Positions 1 through 19,309 of a DNA stretch of 34,694 bases are shown piece by piece (the first letter of the stretch is position 1; each line of letters begins with the position of its first letter). The position numbers and the translations under genes are program-made. Source of the DNA: Eledone cirrhosa (taxonomy: Eukaryota); the NCBI GenBank assembly GCA_964016885.1, contig CAXHJY010000223.1:1-34694 (forward strand), in the 5' to 3' direction. The notes below the pieces were generated by a model, which worked only from the letters and a program-made list of their open reading frames with translations, did not search any database and was not told the origin of the DNA.

Positions 1-1040
1 CCACCACCGCCACAAGAAGCAGCACCACGAAAATAAGCACCACTCTCACCACCACCGCCACCACTATACCAACTACTACAAGCATCATCATCATCATCAC
101 CATCATCACCACCGTCACCACAACTACAACTACTACTACTACCACCACCCCTTCTACTACTACTAATACTAATTCCAATTCTACTTCTACTACTACTAGT
201 ACCACCAGCACTACTACCACCACTACTACTACTACCACTACTACTACTACCATCACTATTACGACTGCCACCACTACCACTACTACCACAAACACTACTA
301 CCACCACCACAGACAGTACTACCACCACCACCATAACTACTGCTACTACCACTACTACTACAGCCACCACCACTACTACTACTACTACCACCACCGCTAT
401 CACTACTACTACTACAACCAACACCACTACTACCACTACTACTACTACCACTACTACTGCTACTACTGCTACTACTAACTACTACCACTACTACTACCAC
501 AAATACTATTACCACCACCTCTATCACTGCTACTACTACTCTACCACTACTACCGCCCCCACTACTACTACTACTACTACCACTACTACCACCACCACTA
601 CTTCTACTACCACCACTACCACCACTACTACTACTACCACTACTATTACCACCACCACCACTATCACTATTACTACTACAACCACCACCACTACTGCTAC
701 TACCACTACTACTACCACTCCCACTACTACTATTACCACCACCAATAGTAGTAAGAGTACAAAATTGTTAAAACACAAGAAAAGGTCTGATAATGTTAAT
801 GTGATAATCCAAGTATTTTAACAATACACTGTTCTAGACTTTAACAAATCGTCATCACAATCATCATCATCATCATCATCATCATCATTGTCATCACCAC
901 AAACACCATCATCATCGGCATATCACCATCATCATCATCGTTGTGATTATTATCACTGTCATCATTATCTCCAACATCAATACTAGCATCCTGATCATCA
1001 TCATCAACATATCATCACCAGATAGTTTATTGTTATCACT
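1..1040. repeat. Degenerate trinucleotide microsatellite field ((ACT)n/(CCA)n, then (CAT)n)
   Basis: Continuous ACT/ACC triplets 1-750 and CAT triplets ~853-1020. Confidence 0.95.
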
Positions 1041-1054
1041 GACTGTTACTGAGC

Positions 1055-1222
1055 CGGTGGATTGGCAGTATCGGTAGAGGCTCGGATGCCATGCTTTGCA
1101 GCATAGAGTTACATCCCTTTACGGACTGAGTTCAAATCCCGCCAAGATTAAGGGGTCGATAAAATAAAATACCAGTAATGTACGGAGATAATAGCTGGCC
1201 TTGTGCCAAAAGTAGAAACAAT
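1055..1222 (+). mobile_element. tRNA-derived SINE, internally deleted
   Basis: A-box-like TGGCAGTATCGG (1063-1074), B-box GTTCAAATCCC (1130-1140), body GGGGTCGATAAAATAAAATACCAG, 3' end GGCCTTGTGCCAAAAGTAGAAAC; a related copy lies at 27505-27672. Confidence 0.8.
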
Positions 1223-1588
1223 AATTAATGACTGTTACATTAACTTTACAAGTACAACACACACACACACACTCTCTCTACCCCCCTCTCTCTTCCTCTC
1301 CCTCTCTCTCTCTAGTAGGCTGACCATGAACCTACGAGATGTGCAATAAAAAAAAAACACACACACACACTACACCTCATAACACAAAGCAAACCTCGAT
1401 AGGAAAATATTGATGGAAAATATATCCATAATATAAAGAACTTCCACAAAAAAAAAAACGATTAATTACAAAAGCATTATATATAACAAAACAAAATGCT
1501 TAAATGACCGAACAAACATCATACACATGCCATAAACAAAATAAACACGCGTAACTCGATGACGTTTATATATATATATATATACTGC

Positions 1589-1632
<44 letters not shown>

Positions 1633-2007
1633 AGTAAATTTCGACGATAAGCGCTACACAAATCACATTTGTCAGATATATAAAAGGGACAGTAAAAAAG
1701 CCAACAGTAGTTCACGTCCTGAAGGTTTCAGTGTGGAAGTTTGGAAACGTTGATCATTTGATTTAGAAACATCATTGTGCCAAACAACGAAAATATGGAG
1801 AAAAAACAACAACAACAACAACCACGACAATAACCACAATGATAAATAACATAAAATATTTAAATAAGAACGTACGTAGTCGTGTTTTTTAATGCAACAA
1901 CATGTGTAAAAGAATCGCTGTTCCCCATCTATACGAATTAACAAAGATTGGATTGTAAAAAACTATATACCCGCTTACAAACCGCTTCAGAACTAGAGCA
2001 GATAAAC

Positions 2008-7193
<5,186 letters not shown>

Positions 7194-7875
7194 GGAGATG
7201 AATATCTCATGACTGTTGCGAAAATACTTTTTTTCTTACGAAGTATCTCAACAAAGAGCTCGAATAAAATGAATTCATGTTTAGGCCAATAACGTAGTGA
7301 AAGGTAATGGCGACAAAACTAAAATAACACTATAAAACATCATGTCAGATACGTTAATGTATGTTATTACTTTAGTATTTTTAGTTATTAGAATCCGGCC
7401 TTACTGTAGTACCTACTTCAAGAATTTAGTTAATAATATGTATCCCAGAACTTGTTTATTTTGTTTTTAAGCTTATACTTACTCTATCGATCTCTATCTG
7501 CTTAACTGCTACGTTACGGAATATAAACACACAGAAAAAAGCTCAAATCGTTCGTTTATTTTATCTTGAATTGTTTCAGCTCCGCATCTGAAAAGAGGGT
7601 TTCAGCCCCGAAATATCATGGTGGGTAAAATATTACTTTACTTTGTTTTGATTTGTTTCATTTACCATCATTTGCCCTTCGTATTTTCTATCGCATTGTA
7701 GCGGCTTTTAAAGAAAAACTTATCGGTCTTTTACTACATATCTCACAATGCTTCGTATTAACTACACTACTATATATCTATATCTATCTTTATATACATA
7801 TATATAATAGTAGAACACTAGTGGGTTATATCCGTAGTAGTAGAGCACTCAGTCCGTGGGGCGAGTTTGGTAAAA

Positions 7876-7966
7876 GTTCCACAACAGTTAGTTCACCATA
7901 CCGAGCTGAGGATCCGAATAAGGTGAATCATTTGTTCTCGGTATGGTGAACTAACTGTTGTGGAAC
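7876..7966 (+). ncRNA. Degenerate type I hammerhead ribozyme-like fold enclosed by a perfect 30-bp inverted repeat
   Basis: Arms 7876-7905 and 7937-7966 are exact reverse complements. The spacer reads CTGAGGA-t-CC-gaataa-GG-t-GAAT-CA-tt-TG-TT, i.e. CUGANGA, a short stem II, GAA with A15.1 replaced by U, a short helix III and a GUU triplet. Confidence 0.55.
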
Positions 7967-7969
7967 CAC

Positions 7970-8004
<35 letters not shown>

Positions 8005-8016
8005 CATATATATATA

Positions 8017-8210
<194 letters not shown>

Positions 8211-8232
8211 TATATATATACATACATATACT

Positions 8233-8445
8233 GACTTCGTCGCAATTTGAAATCAAAATACAAAAAGCCGGATTAAATGCTGCAATCCACCGTTTTTCCA
8301 AAGCCCTCCTAATAAGGATTTCTAATTTTGGTATAAGGCCTGCAATTTATAGGTGGGAATTTTAATTAAACCGACCTCAGTATTTGACTGGTACTTTATT
8401 TTATTGACCTGGTAAATTTGACTTCGAAGGGGGTTTGAACTCACG
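8233..8445 (-). mobile_element. Two degenerate SINE fragments, same superfamily as 1055-1222
   Basis: Minus strand of 8318-8445 reads GAGTTCAAACCC...GGTCAATAAAATAAAGTACCAG...GCAGGCCTTATACCAAAATTAGAAA; a weaker B-box-like fragment lies at 8233-8285. Confidence 0.6.
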
Positions 8446-8713
8446 ATAATGTAAATAATAGTTGTAGTAGTTTCTTGGCGTAGATAGAATACAGAGAAAA
8501 TGGGGAACGGATATACTTTCCTTTGCTTCCATCTATCATTTCTATCTACCTCCCTCCCTCTCTTCCTCTCCATCCCCTCTCTTTCTCTCCATCCCCTCTC
8601 TTCCTCTCCATCCCCTATCTTCCTCTCTATCTCTATCTCTCTCTCTCTCTCTTTCACCATCATACTATAAGTATGAATTATATTTTCTGCTTACTAAACT
8701 GGCCACTAAACCT

Positions 8714-8775
<62 letters not shown>

Positions 8776-8834
8776 TATCATTAGGAAGCCTGGATAAACA
8801 CCCTCCTCCATTAATATCTACACTAACCACACGT

Positions 8835-9020
8835 GGTTGTTTATTGTCATTGTTGTTTCTGTCTGCTTTCGTTTATGTATTTTGTTGCAGTTGTTGTTGC
8901 TGTTATTGCTGTTATTGCTGTTATTGCTGTTTTTCTTGTTGTTGTTGTTGTTACTGTTGTTGCTATTGCTGTTTTTCTTGTTGTTATTGTTGTTGTTACT
9001 GTTGTTGTTATTTCTGTTTA

Positions 9021-9052
<32 letters not shown>

Positions 9053-9302
9053 CTGTTCTTGTTGTTGTTATTGCTGCTGTTGTTGTTTCGTAAGTCAAGA
9101 CTGCATTAAATGGTGAGTTAGGAGTCAAATTGTATTAACAAGGGTAATAAATTGTGAAGTCAACGTTTGATAATTACATCTAGAAACAAAAGGTGTTTGT
9201 TAAAATGTTCACACAACTGTCAAATATGGCCGTCCAAGCGAGGAGCGAACTGAAGAGAAATGGCATGACCACACAGAACCATTGTACTACTACTGCTACT
9301 AT

Positions 9303-9366
<64 letters not shown>

Positions 9367-9397
9367 ACTACTACTACGGCTGCTGCTGCAGCTGCTG

Positions 9398-9435
<38 letters not shown>

Positions 9436-9465
9436 CCTGCTGCTACTGATACTATTACTACTACT
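8835..9465. repeat. (TGT)n and (ACT)n/(GCT)n trinucleotide tracts
   Basis: TTG-rich tract 8835-9090; ACT/GCT tract 9285-9465. Confidence 0.9.
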
Positions 9466-9475
9466 TTGCTTGACA

Positions 9476-9525
9476 TCATTTTAGGGTCGATATATAAAGT
9501 ACTAGACTAGTACTGGGGTTGGTTC
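9476..9525 (+). mobile_element. Short SINE core fragment
   Basis: TCATTTTAGGGTCGATATATAAAGTACTAG...TACTGGGGT resembles the GGGGTCGATAAAATAAA-TACCAG body of the other SINE copies in this window. Confidence 0.45.
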
Positions 9526-9592
9526 ATCTTGGTCTCTCTCTCTCTAATATGTGTGTGTGCGTGTATAGAGGGCAGATAGATAGATATATATG

Positions 9593-9633
<41 letters not shown>

Positions 9634-9646
9634 TATATATACATAC

Positions 9647-9737
<91 letters not shown>

Positions 9738-9740
<3 letters not shown>

Positions 9741-10070
9741 ATTTCTTTATTAGCCACAAGGGCACAAAAGAAGGGGACAAATACAAATGGGGAGTTTACA
9801 TACAGGTATATGAAAATAAAACTATTAATAAAATAACAAATAACAATTGATATCCCCAATAGGGGGGTAGGTGTTACACAGGGGTTGTACACACCCCGAA
9901 AAAATGTACAACCCTCATCATCCAGGAGCACCAAGAGTGAGTACTCCCTTCCTCTCTTCCTCTTTTTCCTCAACCTACAGGCTTATATAGAGAGAAGGCC
10001 CAACCACTCGGGCCATCTCGCACACAGAACTTCTCATTTGATATGGCTTAAAGGATTAAGGAATCTTAGA
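9738..10070 (-). mobile_element. Probable 5'-truncated LINE 3' end (ORF C-terminus, 3' UTR, polyadenylation signal)
   Basis: Minus strand: short frame ...EMARVVGPSLYISL ending in TAG (9977-9975), ~230-nt UTR with a 10-bp hairpin (GGGTTGTACA/TGTACAACCC), then AATAAA (9751-9746) shortly before a (TC)n tract. Family assignment is inference. Confidence 0.45.
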
Positions 10071-10080
10071 GACAGAGAAA

Positions 10081-10676
10081 TATTATCATCATCATCATCA
10101 TCATCACCATCATCATCAGCACTAATACCACTCTTATCATCATTATTATCATCATCATCATCATCATCAGTATTATCTTCATTACCACTCTCACCACCAC
10201 CACCATCATCATCATCACCACTATTACCACCACCACCACCATCACCATCATTTTCTTCTTCACCAGTATCACCGCTCCCATCACCACCACCATCACCCAC
10301 CCCCACTATTATCATCATCACCCACCCCCCACCCACCCTCACCATCGCTATCATCAACATCACAATTACCATCATCATCATCACCACCATTATCATCACA
10401 ATAATCATCATCATCATCATCATAATCACTACCATCAGCCATATCAATATAACTAATTATCTATTTCTCCCTCTCTCTCTCTCTCTATCTACTATCTATC
10501 TATCTATCTATCTATCTCTATATCTCTCTATATCTCTCTCTCTATCTCTCTCTCTCTCTATCTCTATCTCTCTATCTCTCTCTCTCTCTCTCTCACTTCC
10601 TTTCTCTCTCTCTATCTATCTATCTATCTATCTATCTCTATCTCTCTCTCCCTATCTATCTATCTCTCTCTCTCAC

Positions 10677-10726
<50 letters not shown>

Positions 10727-11045
10727 TCCCTCTCACACACACCCACTCTCTATCTATTTATTTATGTATCTATCTATCTTTGTAACAACACAAACATATC
10801 CTCATTCTCACATTCTCACAAGCTCACACATATACTTCCACATATACTTCCACATATACTTCCACATATACACGTACTAACTTACATACACACACGTGCA
10901 CATAGACTTATACACCACACACACACAAACACACACTGTCATTCTCCTTCACCTAAATATTCTTTCTCTCAGACTCATTTTCTCTGAACCTCTCTCCAGC
11001 TTCCTCTCTAGATATCTATCTATCTGTCTATCTCTTTCTACCCCC

Positions 11046-11090
<45 letters not shown>

Positions 11091-12200
11091 TCTCTCTCTC
11101 TCTCACCGCCTACCCCACCAAATAAGACCACTAAAACCACCAGCAACACTGTTACTAACATCACCACCACCGCCGCCATCAACACAAGCACCATTACGAA
11201 AACCAACAATCGCCACCACCACCAACACCTCCAACACCCCCACCACCACCAGCAATACAACATCAAAAACAACAACAACAACAACAACAGCCATCTCCAT
11301 CAACGCCACGGAAACCAACAGTCTCACGTCACATCAACACGATCACAACAACAACAACAACAACAACCACTACCATCTCCATCAATGCCATCACTAAAGC
11401 CAAAAGTCGCCTCCATCACCACCAATACATCAACAACAATTATGGACGCCAACGCCACCACCACCACCATCACCACCACCACGAACACCATTACAACCAC
11501 ACCACCACCACCACCACCAGCATCACCACCACACCATCACAACCACCATCACCACCACCACACAACTACCTCCATCACCACCATCACCACCACCACCACC
11601 ACCATCACCACCACCACCACCACCACCACAATCACCACCACCACCACCACCACCACCATCATCACCACCATCACCACCACCACCACCACCACCACCACCA
11701 CCACCACCACCACCACCATCACCACCACCGTCACCATCACACCACCACCACCACCACCACCACCACCGCCACCACCACCACCACCATCACCACCACCGTC
11801 ACCATCACCACCACCACCACCACCAACACCACCACCGCGACCACCACCATCACCACCACCATCATCACCACCACCACCACCACCACCACCACCATCATCA
11901 CCACCACCACCACCAACACCACCACCACCACCATCACCACCACCGTCACCATCACCACCACCACCACCACCAACACCACCACCGCGACCACCACCATCAC
12001 CACCACCATCATCACCACCACCACCACCACCACCACCACCACCGCCACCACCATCACCACCACCACCACCACCACCACCACCACCACCACTACCACCACC
12101 ACCACCACCACCACCACCACCACCACCACCACCACCACCACCACCACCACCATCACCACCACCACCACCACCACCGCCACCACCATCACCACCACCACTA
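10081..12200. repeat. (CAT)n, (CT)n/(CTAT)n and long (CCA)n low-complexity field
   Basis: CAT/CCA triplets 10081-10445, CT/CTAT 10460-10780, near-pure CCA 11455-12200. Confidence 0.95.
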
Positions 12201-12661
12201 CAGTATAGAAGGCCAAATCGTGTACTATTGAAACGACTGTGTACTTATTTCAATTGCCGGGACAATAGCTGGTCTAGATCTACCACAATCAAATCTTTTC
12301 ATGCCTGACCATATATTTCAGACCAGAGAGAAAGTGTCGGCGCCTCGGGACGAAGAAATGTCAGAATTTCAATGGACACACAAACATATATACACATACA
12401 CATACACACACACATACATATACACACACACACATACATACATACACACACATATACACACACATATATATACACATACACATACATACATCAGCACATG
12501 CACACACATATACACAAGCTGCAAATAGATATATTTGTGATATAAATACATATATCTATATATATCTATATATATATATATATATATATACATATATCTC
12601 TCTATATATATATATATATGAGTATAGATATCTATGTATGTGTATATATCTATGTATGAGC

Positions 12662-12706
<45 letters not shown>

Positions 12707-12741
12707 CATATATATTTATTATACATATATATATGACCATT

Positions 12742-12799
<58 letters not shown>

Positions 12800-12877
12800 T
12801 ATACACATATATGTTTGCTTATTTAAAATATAAACACATGAAAACAAATGTATGTTTATGTAAATATATATATATAT

Positions 12878-12964
<87 letters not shown>

Positions 12965-12993
12965 TATATACATACATACATATATATATGTGT

Positions 12994-13026
<33 letters not shown>

Positions 13027-13147
13027 TGAGAGAGTGACGGGGGTGTCCATTTAGATACACACACTCCACACACGAAAGCAATATATATAAAGAAGCCAGC
13101 GTCCAATTCAGTTCCATGAAAAGAAAAAAATATGAAATCAAATAATA

Positions 13148-13166
13148 GTGATAGATAATGAAGACC

Positions 13167-13249
<83 letters not shown>

Positions 13250-13285
13250 ACACACACACACACACTCACACACACACACACAGAC

Positions 13286-13372
<87 letters not shown>

Positions 13373-13388
13373 ACACACACACACAGAC

Positions 13389-13429
<41 letters not shown>

Positions 13430-13465
13430 ACACACACACAAACATACACACAGACACATACACAC
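13148..13465. repeat. (CA)n microsatellite with repeated interruptions (CACTCA, CAGACGACA)
   Basis: About 300 bp of CA; the CAGACGAC interruption occurs twice. Confidence 0.95.
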
Positions 13466-13541
13466 TCGTTCACAAAGAAATGAAGCTCTGAAAAAAGTGC
13501 GGAGAAATGGTCGAAAGATATATTACTCATACAGCCCCCTT

Positions 13542-13546
<5 letters not shown>

Positions 13547-13584
<38 letters not shown>

Positions 13585-13623
13585 TGTACTTATATATGTA
13601 TATATACCTATATATATATATAC

Positions 13624-13707
<84 letters not shown>

Positions 13708-13765
13708 GTATATATATATATATATATATATAAATATATATATATATATGTATATATATATATGT

Positions 13766-13835
<70 letters not shown>

Positions 13836-13874
13836 GTATATATATATATAGGTATATATACATATATAAGTACA

Positions 13875-13906
<32 letters not shown>
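13547..13906. repeat. Interrupted (TA)n tract arranged as a large inverted repeat
   Basis: TGTCTGTACTTATATATGTATATATACCTATA.. (from 13581) is mirrored by ..TATAGGTATATATACATATATAAGTACAGACA (to 13878). Confidence 0.85.
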
Positions 13907-13909
<3 letters not shown>

Positions 13910-14100
13910 CGAAGGAGTTGTGGTAAGGAACCAGAAGGACCATAACGCTCCGGAAGCTAGATCTGAACTATCTGTTGAAACGGCCGGAGCTCAGCCGTCG
14001 GGGTCCTGACTCTTTTCCTATTACCCACTCTACTACCCATAGCATCGAGTACTCTGGTATGTTGTGGTCCACCTGGTTCCTTACCACACTTCCTTCGTTA
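13907..14100 (+). mobile_element. 'TAACGAAGG' repeat family copy A, carrying the 3' half of an HHR
   Basis: GAAAC(13977-13981)-GGC-loop-GCC-GTC(13997-13999)-GGGGTCC; ends CCTTCGTTA at (TA)n; starts with a ~48-bp inverted copy of its own terminus. Confidence 0.75.
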
Positions 14101-14123
14101 TATATATATATGTTATATATATA

Positions 14124-14152
<29 letters not shown>

Positions 14153-14154
<2 letters not shown>

Positions 14155-14369
14155 ACGAAGGAAATGTGGTAAGGAACCAGGTGGACCATAACGCACCAAA
14201 GTACTCAATACTTGGGGTAGTAGAGTTGGTAATAGGAACCAGTAAGACCCCGACAGCTGAGCTCAAGCCGTTTCGACGACTAATTCTGGACGGCTATAGA
14301 ATTCTGGACGTCCAGAATTAGCCGTCGAAACGGCTTGAGCTCAGCTGTCGGGGTCTTACTGGTTCCTAT
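14153..14369. mobile_element. 'TAACGAAGG' family copy B with 60-bp fold-back
   Basis: Homologous to copies A, C and D; arms 14232-14291 and 14310-14369 are reverse complements with one mismatch; (TA)n on both sides. Confidence 0.8.
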
Positions 14370-15020
14370 ATATATATATATAAAGATATGTGTACATTTG
14401 TGTGTTTAAATGTTTAAGTACGTATATGTATATTTGTCTGTGTGTCTGTCTCAATGGTGTGTATGTGTGTAAATAAGACAGTTTTTTTATCTTATACGTA
14501 CATATATGTATAATGCATTTATATATGTATTTATATATGTATTTATATATGTATTTATATGGACGTGGTGGTGATCCTTATATAAGTAAGTGGGTTTCTC
14601 TGGGGCATTTTTTTTTTTTTTTGTAAGTTTGTTGTTGCTGACGGCACAGAAAAAGTGGCAATGTTACTTGCTTCCATTTAGCTCTCTTCAGAAGGTAATA
14701 TAGATAATGGACGTTGGTGTGGATGAAGGAATCCTAAAAGGCAGGAATGATAGATGAAAAACAATAACACAACATTTAAAAAGTATTTATAAGCTTCAAT
14801 AATAAATATGATTACATCGAACCATAGTTGTAAAAACAAAACAGACAGTTGTAAAGCCCCTGCATTCTCGACCACCTAATAACAAATGTTTTGATAACCC
14901 AAAACGGAGAAAGCAGGCTTTGCTAACATCAATTTTTGTACACGTTATAAAGATACTTTATACATATAGCAGGTGCGCTTTGCAAACCCTTTTGTTTTAA
15001 TCACTTTCCTATATATATAT

Positions 15021-15073
15021 AAGGCTTTCTTGATGATATCCTTCGAATGAAACAGTTCTAGTCCTGTAAAAGC

Positions 15074-15077
<4 letters not shown>
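15021..15077 (+). mobile_element. Fragment of HHR-like family 'GAAACAGTTCTAGTCCTGTA'
   Basis: TTGATGA (15030-15036)...GAAAC (15049-15053)...GTC (15061-15063), between (TA)n tracts. Confidence 0.6.
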
Positions 15078-15115
<38 letters not shown>

Positions 15116-15840
15116 TCATAACGACATATAAGTATATATTTAGACATATATGTATATATTTAGACATAATTACAGATACATATATGAGTGGTAGCTACCT
15201 TCAACAGTGTGGCTTGATGAATGAATGAATTAAGTAAATAATTATTAATAAGAACTATATAAAATTATAAGTTTGAAGAAGGACTTTAGACATCTAGCTG
15301 GACAAACATTATTTTCTCGAAATATATTATTTCTCCTTTTAAAATAACTATAGAATTTGTGACATCACTGAAGAAATTGTTGTACTTTTGATCATGTATG
15401 TGTCTATACATATGTGTGTGTGTTTGTATGTGTGTGTAAGCATGTGTATACATGTGTATACATGTGTATACATATGTATATATGTGTGTGAGCATGTGTA
15501 TACATGCATATAAATCTACCATCGTCGCCTTTTTAAATCATTTTAACTCAATCGAACTTTGCACAGGATGCATGCGAATAATGCATTGAGAGGCGGGTGA
15601 TTTGGTGGTTTGGTGGTTAGATGGTAAGGTGGTAAGACAAATTAAAGTCTCAACACTGCTACTAACAGTAATACTATAGTAGTATAGTGTAGTAGAGTAG
15701 TAGTAGGCAAACGTTTTGTCGGTTTGAGCAGTCGGTAAATATTTAGTCAGCAATCTCAATTGCTTAATACAATTAACTCAAAAGGAAAACATATACAAGG
15801 AAATACACACTGGTATTAACACATATACACAAAAATGATG

Positions 15841-15921
<81 letters not shown>

Positions 15922-16024
15922 GGATAGATAAACACATACATATATATATATATATACATATATATATAGGGAGAAAGAGAGAGAATGAAATGGATAGATA
16001 GACACATACATATATTAGATAGAT

Positions 16025-16097
<73 letters not shown>

Positions 16098-16163
16098 TAT
16101 ATAAATGGAGTGGTGGAAATTGACAGATTGATAGATAGATAGATAGACATATATATATACATG

Positions 16164-16223
<60 letters not shown>

Positions 16224-16926
16224 ATATACATATGTATACACATATATATATGCAAAAAATATATATATTTATATATGTATATACACATATATATAAACAT
16301 ATATTTGTATGTATGTATGTGTGTGTATGCATGTATATATATGTGTATGTGATTGTGTTAGAATATGTGTATGTGTATGTGTTTGAGTTTATGTAGTTTA
16401 TGTGTACGTGTTAGCGGCGTGCATTAAAAACTCGAACACAAAAGCAATCGACTTAGCAAACGTCCGCCATGACACCAACAGTGCAGCAACATTGACCAGC
16501 GAGCAAGCAAATCTTGTCAAAAAAGATGGCGTGTACAGTTTTGAAGCGCCGCGTTTTACAACGACGGTTACTAATTATCCAATTGTATCAAAGACTGGAG
16601 ACGACAAGCTCTACAGTACAAAAGTAACCATTCACTGCGTGTTTGCAATTCTATGAAACTCATTTTCGATACTGTAAAAGCTAATTCATCGGAGAGTATG
16701 TTATTGAAACCTCGCTGGGCTATTGCATACAAATCCTATTGCATGAAGATTCTCTCTCGATTTTTATCTTTCTTTTCTAAGTTATATTTTTTGTTGGTTG
16801 TTGTTTTTTTTTGTATTATTAGATCATTTTTTTTGTATTTTTTTTTTTACTTCTTTTATTGGTTATTTTTCGTTTCCGTTTTACTTTTATTTTTTATATA
16901 TGTATATATATTATTATTTTTTTGTA

Positions 16927-16964
<38 letters not shown>

Positions 16965-17167
16965 TTGTTTTTCTTTTGAGCTCTTTTGTGTTGTTTTGTT
17001 ATCAATCGTTGATATTTGATGTGTTCCTACATTTCCCTTTTCGAACACAATCGACTTGATATAAAAATCTATCTAAATGGACGTACACACACGCACGCAT
17101 ACACACACACACATATACATACAAACATATATACATATAAATATATCTGTCTGTGTGCATATATATA

Positions 17168-17248
<81 letters not shown>

Positions 17249-17322
17249 TATATTATATATAGGTGTATATATATATATGAATAGATATATGGATATATAA
17301 ATATCTATATAAGTATGTGTGC

Positions 17323-17368
<46 letters not shown>

Positions 17369-17810
17369 ATAAAGATGGGTATGGTGGTGGTGGTGGGGAG
17401 GGGTGAGGATTTTAGATGAGAATGGTGGACGATATAATCAGCTACAGTATATTGCTAAGATTTATTTTCTCGACTACAGGAAGCAAAATATAGAAGACAG
17501 TAAATCACCGAAAGCAAAGGGACATAACTGCAAATTCACAAAAGGTTTATTCCGGAATTCTTCACTTTCCGCTAATCCGCGGTCTTTTATACATCTGATG
17601 ATAATAATCCTTTCACTAGAACCCACGACATTAATATCATTTAAGAAATGTGTATCACAGAACGAGAGGTAGATTCAGGTTGGTTGGTTGATATTAAAAT
17701 GTTGAACAGAAAACGACATAGCAACATCCAGTATATTTATACTCCCGTATGGGCACGTATGGTCATGAACTGCATATATATATATATATGTATATATGTA
17801 TATATATATA

Positions 17811-17937
<127 letters not shown>

Positions 17938-18044
17938 AAGATATTATATATATATATATATACATAAATGTATATACATATATATATATTCATTGAAGTT
18001 GGTGGTTCACCACTGTATAGATCTGTACTCCTTTATGACAAAGC

Positions 18045-18395
<351 letters not shown>

Positions 18396-18476
18396 TATAT
18401 GTGTATATATATATATGTATGTATATTCCTTTTATATACTGTGCGGATTGTGTTGTCATTTCTGTTTACCTTTTAC

Positions 18477-18606
<130 letters not shown>

Positions 18607-18633
18607 ATGCATATATATATATATATATACGAT

Positions 18634-18724
18634 AATGTTGGTCAAGGATATAATGTGTTTTGGGAATCGAACTAAAGACCTTACAATCGTTAACCTTACC
18701 ACCAAGCTAACCAAATGCCTTCAC
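18634..18724 (-). mobile_element. tRNA-derived SINE 5' head (second family)
   Basis: Minus strand GTGAAGGCATTTGGTTAGCTTGGTGG (A-box-like) ... GTTCGATTCCC (B-box, 18672-18662); no complete cloverleaf. Confidence 0.65.
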
Positions 18725-19055
18725 TATGGCTATATACATCCACATATAAGAGAGGTCAATGACCGAGTCATCATCAATGACGGTATAGCTCATCAAAGCG
18801 ATATCTAGAGGATGACAATTAAATAACAATGCTGGCAGTTGAGATCGTTAACGATCGACCAAAATAGCAATGACACATGCATATGTTTATGAACCGTAAC
18901 TATTATAATATTATTGTCAGACGTTAGTGAACTTGCCTGTTAATTCTTGAATATATCTATGTGTTTGTGTGTGTTTGTGTGTAACAAGCATGGTTGTATA
19001 TCTTATGTATAATATATAGGCATGTACACACACACACACATACACATATACACAG

Positions 19056-19118
<63 letters not shown>

Positions 19119-19121
<3 letters not shown>

Positions 19122-19309
19122 CGAAGGAAATGTGGTGTGGTAAGGAACCAGATGGACCATAACGCACCAGAGTACTGAATACTTAGGGTAGTAGAGTGGG
19201 TAATAGGAAAAAATATGACCCCGATGGCAGAGCTCAAGCCGTTTCGACGGCTATATCCAGAAATAGCCGTCGAAACGGCTTGAGCTCTGCCGTCGGGGTC
19301 CTACTCGTT

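Noticed and set aside
7582-7625. Possible HHR relic CTGAAAAGAGGG-tttcag-CCCCGAAATATC
   Set aside because: Core is broken and helix I is only about 3 bp; too degenerate to call.
9882-9922. Minus-strand ATGATGA followed by a 10-bp hairpin
   Set aside because: No GAAA after the stem and no C3; treated as a UTR hairpin.
10896-12308. 470-aa Pro/Thr-rich extensin- or formin-like ORF
   Set aside because: Built from (CT)n and (CCA)n tracts; single-codon usage and frame switching between poly-T, poly-P and poly-H.
17595-17625. Isolated CTGATGA
   Set aside because: No stem II or GAAA follows.
18634-18724. Possible tRNA gene
   Set aside because: A and B boxes are present but there is no acceptor stem or cloverleaf; treated as a SINE head.
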